Positions 52,841 through 61,684 of a DNA stretch of 64,000 bases are shown one piece after another. The notes under the pieces were generated by a model. That model was not told where the DNA came from, did not search any database, and saw only the letters and a list, made by a program, of their open reading frames with translations. The translations under genes and the position numbers were made by a program. Every line of letters begins with the position of its first letter. Position 1 is the stretch's first letter. This stretch comes from an uncultured Coriobacteriaceae bacterium (lineage in GTDB: Bacteria; Actinomycetota; Coriobacteriia; Coriobacteriales; UMGS124): the NCBI GenBank assembly GCA_900539345.1, contig UQBS01000002.1, forward strand, positions 15,723-79,722. The letters are read 5' to 3'.

Positions 52841-55800
52841 CTACAGCCTTGCGTAGCGCGAGCGGATGAGTTCGTGCAGGGCCTGCTTGTTGGCATGGGT
52901 GAAGTGGTAGCGCACCTCCTGCGGCTTGCCGGGACGTGCGGGGTCGGGCTGCTCTACGCGCACGAAGGCAAGCTCGACCTCGTCGAAACCCTGGGTGAGC
53001 GCGACATAGGCGTAGCAGCGAGCCTGCAGGTCGTGCTTGGCGCGCAGGTCGTCGGCCGTCTCGGCTGCGCTGCCGCCTGTCTTGTAGTCCACGATGAAGG
53101 CACGGCGAGGCTCGTCCTGCTGCGTCGGGGCGTCGTGGCACAGCAGGTCCATGGCACCTTCGAGGTGAATGGGCTCGCCTTGGGTGCCCTGCAGCGCCAC
53201 GTAGAAGGGCGCCTCGGGCACGAGTACGCCAAACGTTGCTGCCTGTGCGGCCGCGTCGCTTGCCATCCAATGAGCGCAGGCACCCTTGAGCGCGCTCAGC
53301 TCTTCCGCGGGCGCGCCCCAGGTTGCCAGGCAGGCGCGCAGGCGCTCGTCGGCGGGCATGGTAAGTGCCGTGTCGCCGGCGCCTTGGCCCTTGCGCCATG
53401 CGAGGTCTTCGGCCATGAGTTGGCAGGCCTGGTGCAGGGCGCTGCCGAAGGCGGTGGCGCTTGCGTGGTGGGGCCGTGCCGGCACGACTGTCGGTTCCTC
53501 GTCGGTTTCCACGGGCTGCGTCTCGGCCTTGTCTTCTTGCTCGGCCTCGGCGTCGTGCGCGGCGATGCTGCTGTAGGAGAACGTCGCGGCCCGTGCGGGG
53601 TTGTAGGGCAGGCGCATGGGTTCCAAATCGCTCAGGTACTCGCCGCACCCCGGTGCTTCGGGGACGGTGCAGGTCGTAGGCGCATTGTCGCAGGCCTCCC
53701 CCTGCGTCTGGGCCCCGTCTGCCTCTTGCCCCTCGACGACGACGTTGCCGTCGAGGTCGAGCACGAGCTTGGCGTATTCCACAATGGCGGGAGTCGTGCC
53801 TGCGTAGTCGATACCTTCCGACGCGCTTCGCCAGGGGCCGTCTTGGCCGAACAGGCTGCACCGCAGGTCGTTGATGCAGTCGTCTTTTTCCATCTGCTTG
53901 GAGCTGTCGGCGTAGTTCACGGCGATGACGAGGGCCTCGCGCGGGCGGGTTGCGCCTACGTAGAACTTGCGGCGCTGCTCAGCGAGCTCCTCGGCGTCGT
54001 GGTATGCCTTGAGCGACGTGCTCATGCCGCCCGCGGTGATGTCTTCGTCGTCGAGCGCCAGGGGCTCTTCGAGCACACCTGCCTCAGCGAGCCCCTTGAC
54101 CATGGTCTTGCTCAGTTCGGGCGCATCGTCCTTCTCGGTCTCAGGCCTTGAGTTCCTCGGCTTCAGCGAGAGGTACAGGTGCCCGTTGACGCATTCGAGG
54201 GTGAGCGGGCTTGGGTGGCCGCCGTTTGAGCCGTTGAAGTCGGCGAGGGCCACGATGGGGTACTCGAGTCCCTTCGAGCTGTGGATGGTGAGGATGCGCA
54301 CGGCGTCCTGCTCATCGGTGTTGAGCGAGCCGGGGCGCTCGGTGATGCCCCCGTCGATCATCTGGGAGTAGATGTTGCTGACCTGCACAGGTCCTGCCAG
54401 GGGGTTGTCGTGCTCGATGCTCTCCACCATGCGCAGGGCCTTGAAGAAGTTGGCCGCCTGGGCCATGCCCTGCGGGCCCTGTTCTTGCAGGCGAGGCAGG
54501 TAGCCCGACTCGATGGCGATCTCGTTGAGGCAGCTGCTCATCTGGGAGGCGCTGACCCTGCGTGCCGCATGCGCAAAGACACGCGCGGCAAGCTGAATGC
54601 GCGGCGGCAGAGCGGTGCTTTGCGAATTCGTCCGCTGTTCGTCGAGGCAGGCGAGCATGCCGTGCCAGAAGCTGCGCCTCTTGCCCTCGGGGGAGGTTGC
54701 AAGCGCCAGGAGCTCGTCGCATCCCAGCCCAAAGACCTCGCTTGTGAGCGCGATGTCCAGGGCGGCGTTGTCCAGCGGGTTTGCCAGAGCGGCGCACAGA
54801 GAGGCGACCGTGCGTGCCTCGGCTGTGTCTTTGAATCCCGAACCGCCCGTGATGGTGCAGGGGGCGCCGTGCCGGCGCAGGGCCTGGGCATAGACCTCGG
54901 CGTTTGTCATGCGCCCGAGCAGAATGACCATGTCGGCCCAGCGGCAGTTTGCCGAGCCGGTCTCATGGAGGGCGCAGAAACGTTTGGCGATGGCCTGCGC
55001 CTCGTAGGCGATGCGGTCGTCGGTTTTGGCGTTTTTAGCTGCTCTGCTGCTGTTTGACGCTGTCGCGAAAATCTCGATGCGGGGCACCTCGGGGAACGCG
55101 TTGCGGGGGTTTTCTGCATGCTTCTCGTCGAAGCCGAGCTTGATGAACTCGTTGTCGCCAAACACACGCTCCTGGCTGAAGACCTTGTTGACGAAGCGGA
55201 TGATGTCGCCATGCGAGCGGAAGTTGCGGTCGAGCTCGCATGCGAGGCCGCCGACACCCTCCAGCTCCCGCATGTGCCGCTTGTGCGCGAGGTAGGTACT
55301 CACGTCGGCCCCGCGGAAGCGGTAGATGCTCTGCTGGGTGTCGCCCACGGTGCAGAGGCGACGGTCGCCGTCGGTGAGATGCGAGATGAGGGCGATTTGC
55401 AGCTCGCTTGTGTCCTGGAACTCGTCGACCATGATGAGGCGGAAACGGTTGCGATAGCGGGCCTCCACCTCGGGCAGATTCTCAAATGCGTCGAGCGTCT
55501 TGGTGATGAGGTCGTCCTGGTCGAGCACGCCCATGGCGGACTTATGCTGCTCGTAGAGGCGCTGCACCTCGCACGCAAGCGTGTAGAGGCCTTCGCGCGC
55601 GGGCGCTGCCAGGCCCATCTCGCATTCTGCGAGGAGTCGGAGAAGGGACTGGCGGAACACATATCCGGCGAGCTTGAAGCCGACCGCCGTTGTTGAGGGA
55701 AAGGGGTTGTCGAAGATGTACCCGTAGACCTCGGCATACGAGGGGTCGTCTTGGCAGCGGAGCCTGTCGAACGTGCGGATGCCGTACGGGCCCTCCACCA

Positions 55801-56476
55801 TGTCGCGCACGGCGGGGGTGAATTTGTTTGTCGGCTTGCCGTTTTTGTCTATGCCGCCTCGCGCCGCAGTGTCGATGTCGATGATTGCCTCGTACATCTC
55901 CTGTGCGATGTCGCGAGCGGGCATGATGGGGGCCATGACGACCGAGCTGAGCCCGCCTCGCACGTTTGCGGCCTTCCCGAGCAGGTCAAACACCATCTTG
56001 CGGGTCTCGTCGTTGTCATATTCGTCGAGGAACGCGTCAAACCCGCCGTCGGAGTTCCTGACGGCCTCGTCGAGACAGGCTGTGAGCAGCCTGTTCTTGT
56101 CCACGTCGCCTATAAGGCCGAACGCCGGGTCCAGGCCGAGTTCAAGGGCGTTTTCATGCAGGATGCGCGAACACATGCCGTGGATGGTGGAAATCCAACA
56201 TGCGTCGACCTTGAGCGCCTGCTCGGGCATGCGCTCCTGACGCAGCTTGTTGCGCACGCGTGCCTTGATCTCGGCCGCGGCCGCCTCGGTGAAGGTGATG
56301 GCAAGCACCTGGTCGATGTCGGTGACGCCGGAGAGCTCGGGATTGAGCAGGGCATAGGCGATGCGCTGCGTGAGCATGAACGTCTTGCCCGATCCGGCGC
56401 CGGCGCTTACGAGCAAGGGGCCGTTCACATGTTCGACGCAGGCACGCTGCTGGGGGGTGAGGGTGCTCAGGTCCAT
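52841..56476 (-). CDS. addA: ATP-dependent helicase/nuclease subunit A (AddA/RexA type: UvrD-like helicase plus C-terminal PD-(D/E)XK nuclease)
   Basis: Walker A AGAGSGKT, helicase motifs (DEFQDTS, TIHSSKGLEY), and the C-terminal nuclease motif IVDYKTG. Confidence 0.85.
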   Translation of the reverse strand: MDLSTLTPQQRACVEHVNGPLLVSAGAGSGKTFMLTQRIAYALLNPELSGVTDIDQVLAITFTEAAAAEIKARVRNKLRQERMPEQALKVDACWISTIHGMCSRILHENALELGLDPAFGLIGDVDKNRLLTACLDEAVRNSDGGFDAFLDEYDNDETRKMVFDLLGKAANVRGGLSSVVMAPIMPARDIAQEMYEAIIDIDTAARGGIDKNGKPTNKFTPAVRDMVEGPYGIRTFDRLRCQDDPSYAEVYGYIFDNPFPSTTAVGFKLAGYVFRQSLLRLLAECEMGLAAPAREGLYTLACEVQRLYEQHKSAMGVLDQDDLITKTLDAFENLPEVEARYRNRFRLIMVDEFQDTSELQIALISHLTDGDRRLCTVGDTQQSIYRFRGADVSTYLAHKRHMRELEGVGGLACELDRNFRSHGDIIRFVNKVFSQERVFGDNEFIKLGFDEKHAENPRNAFPEVPRIEIFATASNSSRAAKNAKTDDRIAYEAQAIAKRFCALHETGSANCRWADMVILLGRMTNAEVYAQALRRHGAPCTITGGSGFKDTAEARTVASLCAALANPLDNAALDIALTSEVFGLGCDELLALATSPEGKRRSFWHGMLACLDEQRTNSQSTALPPRIQLAARVFAHAARRVSASQMSSCLNEIAIESGYLPRLQEQGPQGMAQAANFFKALRMVESIEHDNPLAGPVQVSNIYSQMIDGGITERPGSLNTDEQDAVRILTIHSSKGLEYPIVALADFNGSNGGHPSPLTLECVNGHLYLSLKPRNSRPETEKDDAPELSKTMVKGLAEAGVLEEPLALDDEDITAGGMSTSLKAYHDAEELAEQRRKFYVGATRPREALVIAVNYADSSKQMEKDDCINDLRCSLFGQDGPWRSASEGIDYAGTTPAIVEYAKLVLDLDGNVVVEGQEADGAQTQGEACDNAPTTCTVPEAPGCGEYLSDLEPMRLPYNPARAATFSYSSIAAHDAEAEQEDKAETQPVETDEEPTVVPARPHHASATAFGSALHQACQLMAEDLAWRKGQGAGDTALTMPADERLRACLATWGAPAEELSALKGACAHWMASDAAAQAATFGVLVPEAPFYVALQGTQGEPIHLEGAMDLLCHDAPTQQDEPRRAFIVDYKTGGSAAETADDLRAKHDLQARCYAYVALTQGFDEVELAFVRVEQPDPARPGKPQEVRYHFTHANKQALHELIRSRYARL

Positions 56477-56478
56477 GG

Positions 56479-59400
56479 TTACTTTGCCTCCCTAGGGCAG
56501 CTGCCGGCAAGCGGGCAGTAGCTGCATGAATCCTTCTCAAAGCGCGGGCGCGCCACAACGCGTCCCTCGCGAAGCTCGGCGATTGCCTCGGCTGCGGCCT
56601 GCTCGACGCGTGCCATCACGAGCTCGACACCCGGCGTTCCGTCAATCCCCTCAAAAGGGACGCAGTATTTGCGCTGCAGGTAGAAGCCGCGTTCCTCGGG
56701 AACGAGCCCGGAGTGGGCCATGTTGAGGAAGCCGGCGCACTCGGGTTTCTTGTATGAGACGTACAGGCCTCCCGCCAAGTTGCGCTCGGGCATGAGTTGC
56801 TGGACGGCGGCCATGTACATGATGATCTGCGAGTGTTGGGGCAGCGGGTCGAGCGTGGAGAGGTCATCGGTCTTTTTGGGCTGCACGGGCTTGTGTCCTT
56901 TGTGCAGGCTTCCCTTGTAGTCTACGACGAGGACGGAGTCGGTCTGCGGGTTGAGGTCGATGCGGTCGATGATGCCGGAAATGCGCACGCCGCCGAAGGT
57001 GACGGTGCCGCTCTCCCCGCCGAACTTCCACTCGTTGTAGGTCGGCACGAACCCTTCTGGCATGAACTGCTCGCGCTCAAGGCACCTGACCAGCCTGTAG
57101 CGGTAATCGCGCAGACGCGCCTTTTCCAGCTCCGTGATGGGGATGAGGGGGCGCTCAGCCTGGGGCTGTGCGTCGCAGGCATATTGGAAGCTCTCGTCGA
57201 AGACGTCCGCCCATACCTCGCGCGGCGTGTCGGCCGTGATGCGCGTGATGCCCGTGCGCTGCCCCAGCAGGTCGTGGAAGCGCTCGAGCACCAAGTGGCA
57301 GAACGTGCCGCGCGAGCGGGGGTCGCCGAAGGGGACATCGAGGTCGTCGGAAGGAAGCTTGCGTTCGTGGAGCCAGCGTAGGGGGCAGTTGATGAGAGCC
57401 TCCAGGCTGCTGGGCGACCAGAGCGTGTCGGGGTTGGCAAACGAGGCGCCCAGTGCCGGGTCGGCAAGCTCAAAGGCGGCAGGGTCGCACCGCACGAGGG
57501 CGGGGGCATACGTCACAGGGCTTGCAAGCTGGGCGAACGTTTCCTCGCCCATGCCCATGGCGTTGATGTCGCCCGAGATGGGCAGGCCCGTGGTGCGGTC
57601 GAGGCCGTCGATGTCGGACGGGTCGTCGCGATAGCAGTCCACAAGCTCCTCAAGCAGGGCGCAGGGTCGCAGGGGTTTTGCTTCCTCATCGGCCAAGACG
57701 CGCTCCACCACCATGACGTCGTGTGCGGCTTCAAGGCACGAGCGGAAGGTGCGGCGCAGCTGCGCAACCTGACCGGGACCGGCCGCGATGCCGAGGGCCT
57801 GCCAGAGGCTCATCTTTGCGTCGACGCGTTCCCGCAGGGGGTAGACGTCTGCCGTGAGGTCGCACAGGATGACGGCACGCGCTTCCAGGGCGTCTGTCTC
57901 GCTGGGCTTGACGACGCGCACGGCGTTGGGGTTCGCCTGCAGCACGCGGGCTTGCTTTTGTGCGCCGATATCGCTTGTGGGCACGTTGACCCAGCCCATG
58001 GGGACCGAGGTGCAATCGAGCAGCCAAGCGAGGTCGTCGGCGCTGGGGGCAGATCCCATGAGCGCCCGCCATGTCTCGACGCCGCGGACGAGGGTCTTGG
58101 CACAGGCTCGCTCGAACTGGTCTTGGGGAGAAAGGGGCTGGGGAAGACGGGTCTCGAGCAGGGCGAGGACCGAGTCGAGGTCCTTTGGGGTTGCCATGCC
58201 CTCTGTGTCCGCCGCCGCTCCATGGGGATCTGCCGGGGTTGTCGCAGCCGATGCCGTTCCATCGGGGTCCGCCGGGGTTGCCTCATCCTGGCCGTTTTGG
58301 TCCTGCACAGTCAGTTGAGCACGAAGCGCCTGGGCAAAGTCGTGCGCGCTTGTCATGCGCAGGCCGCGCCAGTCGCGGTCGAGCTTGAGGGCCTCTGCCA
58401 GGGGGATGTGCATATACGGGTTGCGTGCCAGGTCGCTTACTTGTGCACGAAGGTCGGGCGCAGGCTCGTCGGTGCGTGTCTTCTCGGCTTCCAGCAGGCG
58501 CATCCAAGCCAGGACGAAGGCGCTCGCATGGCTGAGCGCGAGTTTCTCGGCACCGCACACTGCCAGGGCGATGCCGCGCGGGGCGTGCTCGGAGAGGGGG
58601 CCGCCCAGGGCGCGTGCCGTTTCGAGTGGGTCGTGGGCAACGACGACGATGTCGCGGGCGGCGATTCCGTCGATGTGCACGAGCTGGCCGATTTGACGTG
58701 CGAGCAGCTCGCCTTCGGCATAGCGTCCAGCGGGCAGGCATGCGCGCAGGGCGCCCGTGGCGGTGACATGTGTGGGATCACCCTCACTGAACAGGGTGTT
58801 TGTCAGTTGGATGAGCTCGGGGGAGCGCGCCGAATCGAGCGAGGCCCCTGCTGACGCCAGGAGGTCTGCCCCTGCCCTGAAAGTGACCTCGACGCCCGCC
58901 TCGGTTGCCAGGCCCTCAATCTGCTTGGCGACGTGGCGCTCTGCCTCAAACGCCGCGTTGTCTTCAAGGCATCCCACAAGCGTGACGCCTGCGTGCGTGC
59001 ATGCCTCGCCAACCAGCGCGAGCGCGGCGCCCTCAAGGTTCCAGCAGCCGTCGATCACGAGGTGCGGCCAGCCGGCCTCGGGCGTGCATGCGGCCAGTTT
59101 GCGCATGGCGCTTCCGGGCTCTATCAGTCCATGCGACTGGGCGAGCGCGAAGTAGGCCTTGGCTGCCTGCAGGAGCTCGAGTTGGGCAGGCGTGAGCTGG
59201 GTGTCTGCAGGTGCCGGCATGCCTTGCGCGCATGCGTTCTCGAATGCATCCAGCCCGGCGCCTACGCGCACGATACTGGCGAGGCTGCTTACCATGCCGG
59301 TCGAGCGCAGGGAGGAAGACGACCAATCTCCCTGCTCAAGTGTCTTCTTTACCAAAAGGCGGCGCTGTAGGTTGCCGATTGGCGCTCGTCCATCGCCGTA

Positions 59401-59628
59401 GAGGGCCCAGCGCCCGCCTGCCCAGGTGTCGAGCGTGGCTACCTCCACGCCTGCGAGTTCCTTGCCTGCATCTGCCAGGTGCTGTTTGACAGCCAGGGCG
59501 ATGTTGCGGGAGGGCACGATCCATGCAACGCGCCTGCCCTGCCGCAGCATCTTCTGCACGACGGCATATGCGCACGCCGAGCGCTCATAGCGGTCGTGCG
59601 CACTGACAATCTCGAGTCTTCCTGGCAT
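56479..59628 (-). CDS. addB: helicase-exonuclease subunit B (AddB/RexB type with an Fe-S-stapled nuclease domain)
   Basis: C-terminal VVDYKGS nuclease motif and a CxxCx5C cluster (CSYCPLAGSC), plus an upstream Cys (LINCPLRW). Adjacent to addA. Confidence 0.75.
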   Translation of the reverse strand: MPGRLEIVSAHDRYERSACAYAVVQKMLRQGRRVAWIVPSRNIALAVKQHLADAGKELAGVEVATLDTWAGGRWALYGDGRAPIGNLQRRLLVKKTLEQGDWSSSSLRSTGMVSSLASIVRVGAGLDAFENACAQGMPAPADTQLTPAQLELLQAAKAYFALAQSHGLIEPGSAMRKLAACTPEAGWPHLVIDGCWNLEGAALALVGEACTHAGVTLVGCLEDNAAFEAERHVAKQIEGLATEAGVEVTFRAGADLLASAGASLDSARSPELIQLTNTLFSEGDPTHVTATGALRACLPAGRYAEGELLARQIGQLVHIDGIAARDIVVVAHDPLETARALGGPLSEHAPRGIALAVCGAEKLALSHASAFVLAWMRLLEAEKTRTDEPAPDLRAQVSDLARNPYMHIPLAEALKLDRDWRGLRMTSAHDFAQALRAQLTVQDQNGQDEATPADPDGTASAATTPADPHGAAADTEGMATPKDLDSVLALLETRLPQPLSPQDQFERACAKTLVRGVETWRALMGSAPSADDLAWLLDCTSVPMGWVNVPTSDIGAQKQARVLQANPNAVRVVKPSETDALEARAVILCDLTADVYPLRERVDAKMSLWQALGIAAGPGQVAQLRRTFRSCLEAAHDVMVVERVLADEEAKPLRPCALLEELVDCYRDDPSDIDGLDRTTGLPISGDINAMGMGEETFAQLASPVTYAPALVRCDPAAFELADPALGASFANPDTLWSPSSLEALINCPLRWLHERKLPSDDLDVPFGDPRSRGTFCHLVLERFHDLLGQRTGITRITADTPREVWADVFDESFQYACDAQPQAERPLIPITELEKARLRDYRYRLVRCLEREQFMPEGFVPTYNEWKFGGESGTVTFGGVRISGIIDRIDLNPQTDSVLVVDYKGSLHKGHKPVQPKKTDDLSTLDPLPQHSQIIMYMAAVQQLMPERNLAGGLYVSYKKPECAGFLNMAHSGLVPEERGFYLQRKYCVPFEGIDGTPGVELVMARVEQAAAEAIAELREGRVVARPRFEKDSCSYCPLAGSCPREAK

Positions 59629-59798
59629 GGGTTGCTCCCTTCCCTGGATACAGTCGAGGCCAGTATCTCACGCGGGCCGGACACAAATTCCCCGCATCGG
59701 TGGCTTGTTGCACAAAGCGACATAAAGAAAAGGGGGCCGCGCGGCCTGCACTTCTGTGCTGTCGCGTGGCCCCCTTAGACGCAAGTCTTTATGTCAGG

Positions 59799-60683
59799 CT
59801 ATTTGCCTGCGGTCTCGCTTTCAGGCTGTGCTTGGTTGCCCTTTTGCGCGCGCGGGCGATGGCGCTTGGGGTTCTTGGCGCGCAGTTCAGCCTTGCGGGC
59901 GAGGTTGGCGCGGCGGTTGAGCAGGTTGCGCACGGTGTCTTCCATGCCCAGGGGGATGTAGGACATGGACTCGAGGTCCTCGGGCAGGTACTCGGCAAGC
60001 GAGAGGGGTGCGATCTGTTCGACCTTCTCGGGCGCGGGGCCGGGTTTGGCGATGATGGCGTGCACGGTGGCGCCCATTTGGCACAGGCGCTCCTCGAACT
60101 CGGTGGAAACGTTGGCCTGGGGCCAGCTGGGCTCGTTCAAGAGGTCGTTGGTGCAGGCAAGGGGCTCGTATCCCGCAATCTGGTATTGCGTGAGCGAGAA
60201 CTTGAAGAGCGGCTCGGAGTCGGTCTTTTGGCACACCACGCCGTCGGGGGCCAGGATGGAGCGGTAGCCCATGAGGCGCTTGGCGTGGGAGAGCCTGCGC
60301 ACGGCTGCCTTGCTCTGCGGGAACGGAGCCGAGAAGTTGAGGTGGATGCGCGCCAGTTCGCCGGGGGCGAAGAAGCGGCACACGTCGTCCTGGGTGTCGA
60401 GGACGAACACAGCGTTGTACACACCCTCCTCGATGGCACGCTGCGCGGCGAGCACCACGCAGACCTCCTCCACATCGACGCCCACGAAGAGCACGTCGGG
60501 CTCGGCCTTGGCGCTCTCGATGGCGAAGCCGCCTTTGCCGCAACCCAGGTCAAGACGGACCTCGCGGGCACGGGGCAGCAGCATCTCGGCCCAGTGGCCG
60601 GCACGCTCCTCGGGATCGTCGACGATGGCGTCGGCAAAGAGACGCCTGCGTTCGTCGAGGTTCTTGGGTTTGCGTGCGCGCAT
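59799..60683 (-). CDS. trmB: tRNA (guanine46-N7)-methyltransferase with basic C-terminal extension
   Basis: LDLGCGKGGF SAM motif, F.DPW.K-like region (NFSAPFPQSK), and TD core. Confidence 0.8.
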   Translation of the reverse strand: MRARKPKNLDERRRLFADAIVDDPEERAGHWAEMLLPRAREVRLDLGCGKGGFAIESAKAEPDVLFVGVDVEEVCVVLAAQRAIEEGVYNAVFVLDTQDDVCRFFAPGELARIHLNFSAPFPQSKAAVRRLSHAKRLMGYRSILAPDGVVCQKTDSEPLFKFSLTQYQIAGYEPLACTNDLLNEPSWPQANVSTEFEERLCQMGATVHAIIAKPGPAPEKVEQIAPLSLAEYLPEDLESMSYIPLGMEDTVRNLLNRRANLARKAELRAKNPKRHRPRAQKGNQAQPESETAGK

Positions 60684-60791
60684 GGGCTTGCCTTTCGTTG
60701 GGTTTCGAGACGATGTGGCAGAATACCACGCCTATCTCGTGCGCCTGTGCTATAAATGCGTGCATAAGACAAACCCCATTGTGCAGAGAGA

Positions 60792-61442
60792 GTGCCCATG
60801 CCAGGTAAGCCCCAGGAAAAGCATGCCATCGACGAGCCGTTTTCTATGAGTGACCTGGGACGCGTCACCCTCAAGAAGGCATGGGGGCATTTCTGCACCA
60901 TCACCCACCACAAATTGCTCGTGATGCGCTACTGCTTTCGCGTGGGCCTGTACCGCCAGGGCCTCGCACACGACCTGTCCAAGTACTCGCCCTGCGAGTT
61001 CATGGTCGGCGTGCGCTACTACCAGGGATTTCGTAGCCCTAACTCTGCCGAGCGCGCTGTAAAGGGGTACTCCGAGGCTTGGATGCACCACAAGGGGCGC
61101 AACCGCCATCACTGGGAGTACTGGGTGGACATCAAGGGCAACGGTGACCCCACGATGGAAGGCAAGCCCATGCCCACGCGCTATGTGGTCGAGATGTTCT
61201 GCGACCGCATCGCCGCGAGCCGCGTGTACAAGAAGGATGCCTACACTGACCGCAGCCCCCTGGAGTATTACGAGCTCGAGCATTCTGCACCTGTTGAGCT
61301 GCCCATTCATCCGATGACCGAAGCCCTGCTCAAGCGCCTGCTGGTGATGCTTGCCGAGCAAGGAGAAGAGGCGGCGTTTGCTCACGTGAAGCGCGAGATC
61401 GTGCGCAAGCGCTACGTCGAGGGCCCCGGCTGCAGGTTTTAG
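60792..61442 (+). CDS. conserved hypothetical His-rich helical protein (resembles a DUF5662-type family, from memory)
   Basis: HHKLLVMRYC....GL..QGLAHDLSKYSP.EF, W..HKGRNRHHWEYW. No catalytic assignment is possible. Start is uncertain. Confidence 0.5.
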   Translation: MPMPGKPQEKHAIDEPFSMSDLGRVTLKKAWGHFCTITHHKLLVMRYCFRVGLYRQGLAHDLSKYSPCEFMVGVRYYQGFRSPNSAERAVKGYSEAWMHHKGRNRHHWEYWVDIKGNGDPTMEGKPMPTRYVVEMFCDRIAASRVYKKDAYTDRSPLEYYELEHSAPVELPIHPMTEALLKRLLVMLAEQGEEAAFAHVKREIVRKRYVEGPGCRF

Positions 61443-61498
61443 CCCGACGGCGGGCCCCGGTGCAGCTGTTTTCGGCCGCGGACGGCCAGGCGCACATC

Positions 61499-61537
61499 AT
61501 TTAACATACATTTCAATGGTTCAAATGTATGTTAAAT
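61499..61537. repeat. 15-bp perfect inverted repeat in an AT-rich island
   Basis: ATTTAACATACATTT-N9-AAATGTATGTTAAAT, plus a third half-site AAATGTATGTTA at 61575-61586. Confidence 0.8.
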
Positions 61538-61626
61538 CATTAAAACACCAGTTGGCTGGTTTTTAGAAATTCTGAAATGTATGTTATTTGGTAGAGAAGC
61601 TTCGCGAGTCGGCTTTCCCGCCCACG

Positions 61627-61660
61627 AAAAAGGCCGACATCCGCAACTGGATGCCGGCCT
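61627..61660 (-). terminator. intrinsic terminator of the DUF3800-like gene
   Basis: On the minus strand, AGGCCGGCAT...ATGTCGGCCT hairpin followed by T5. Confidence 0.65.
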
Positions 61661-61684
61661 TTGTTGGTCTGTGGGGGTTGCTTG

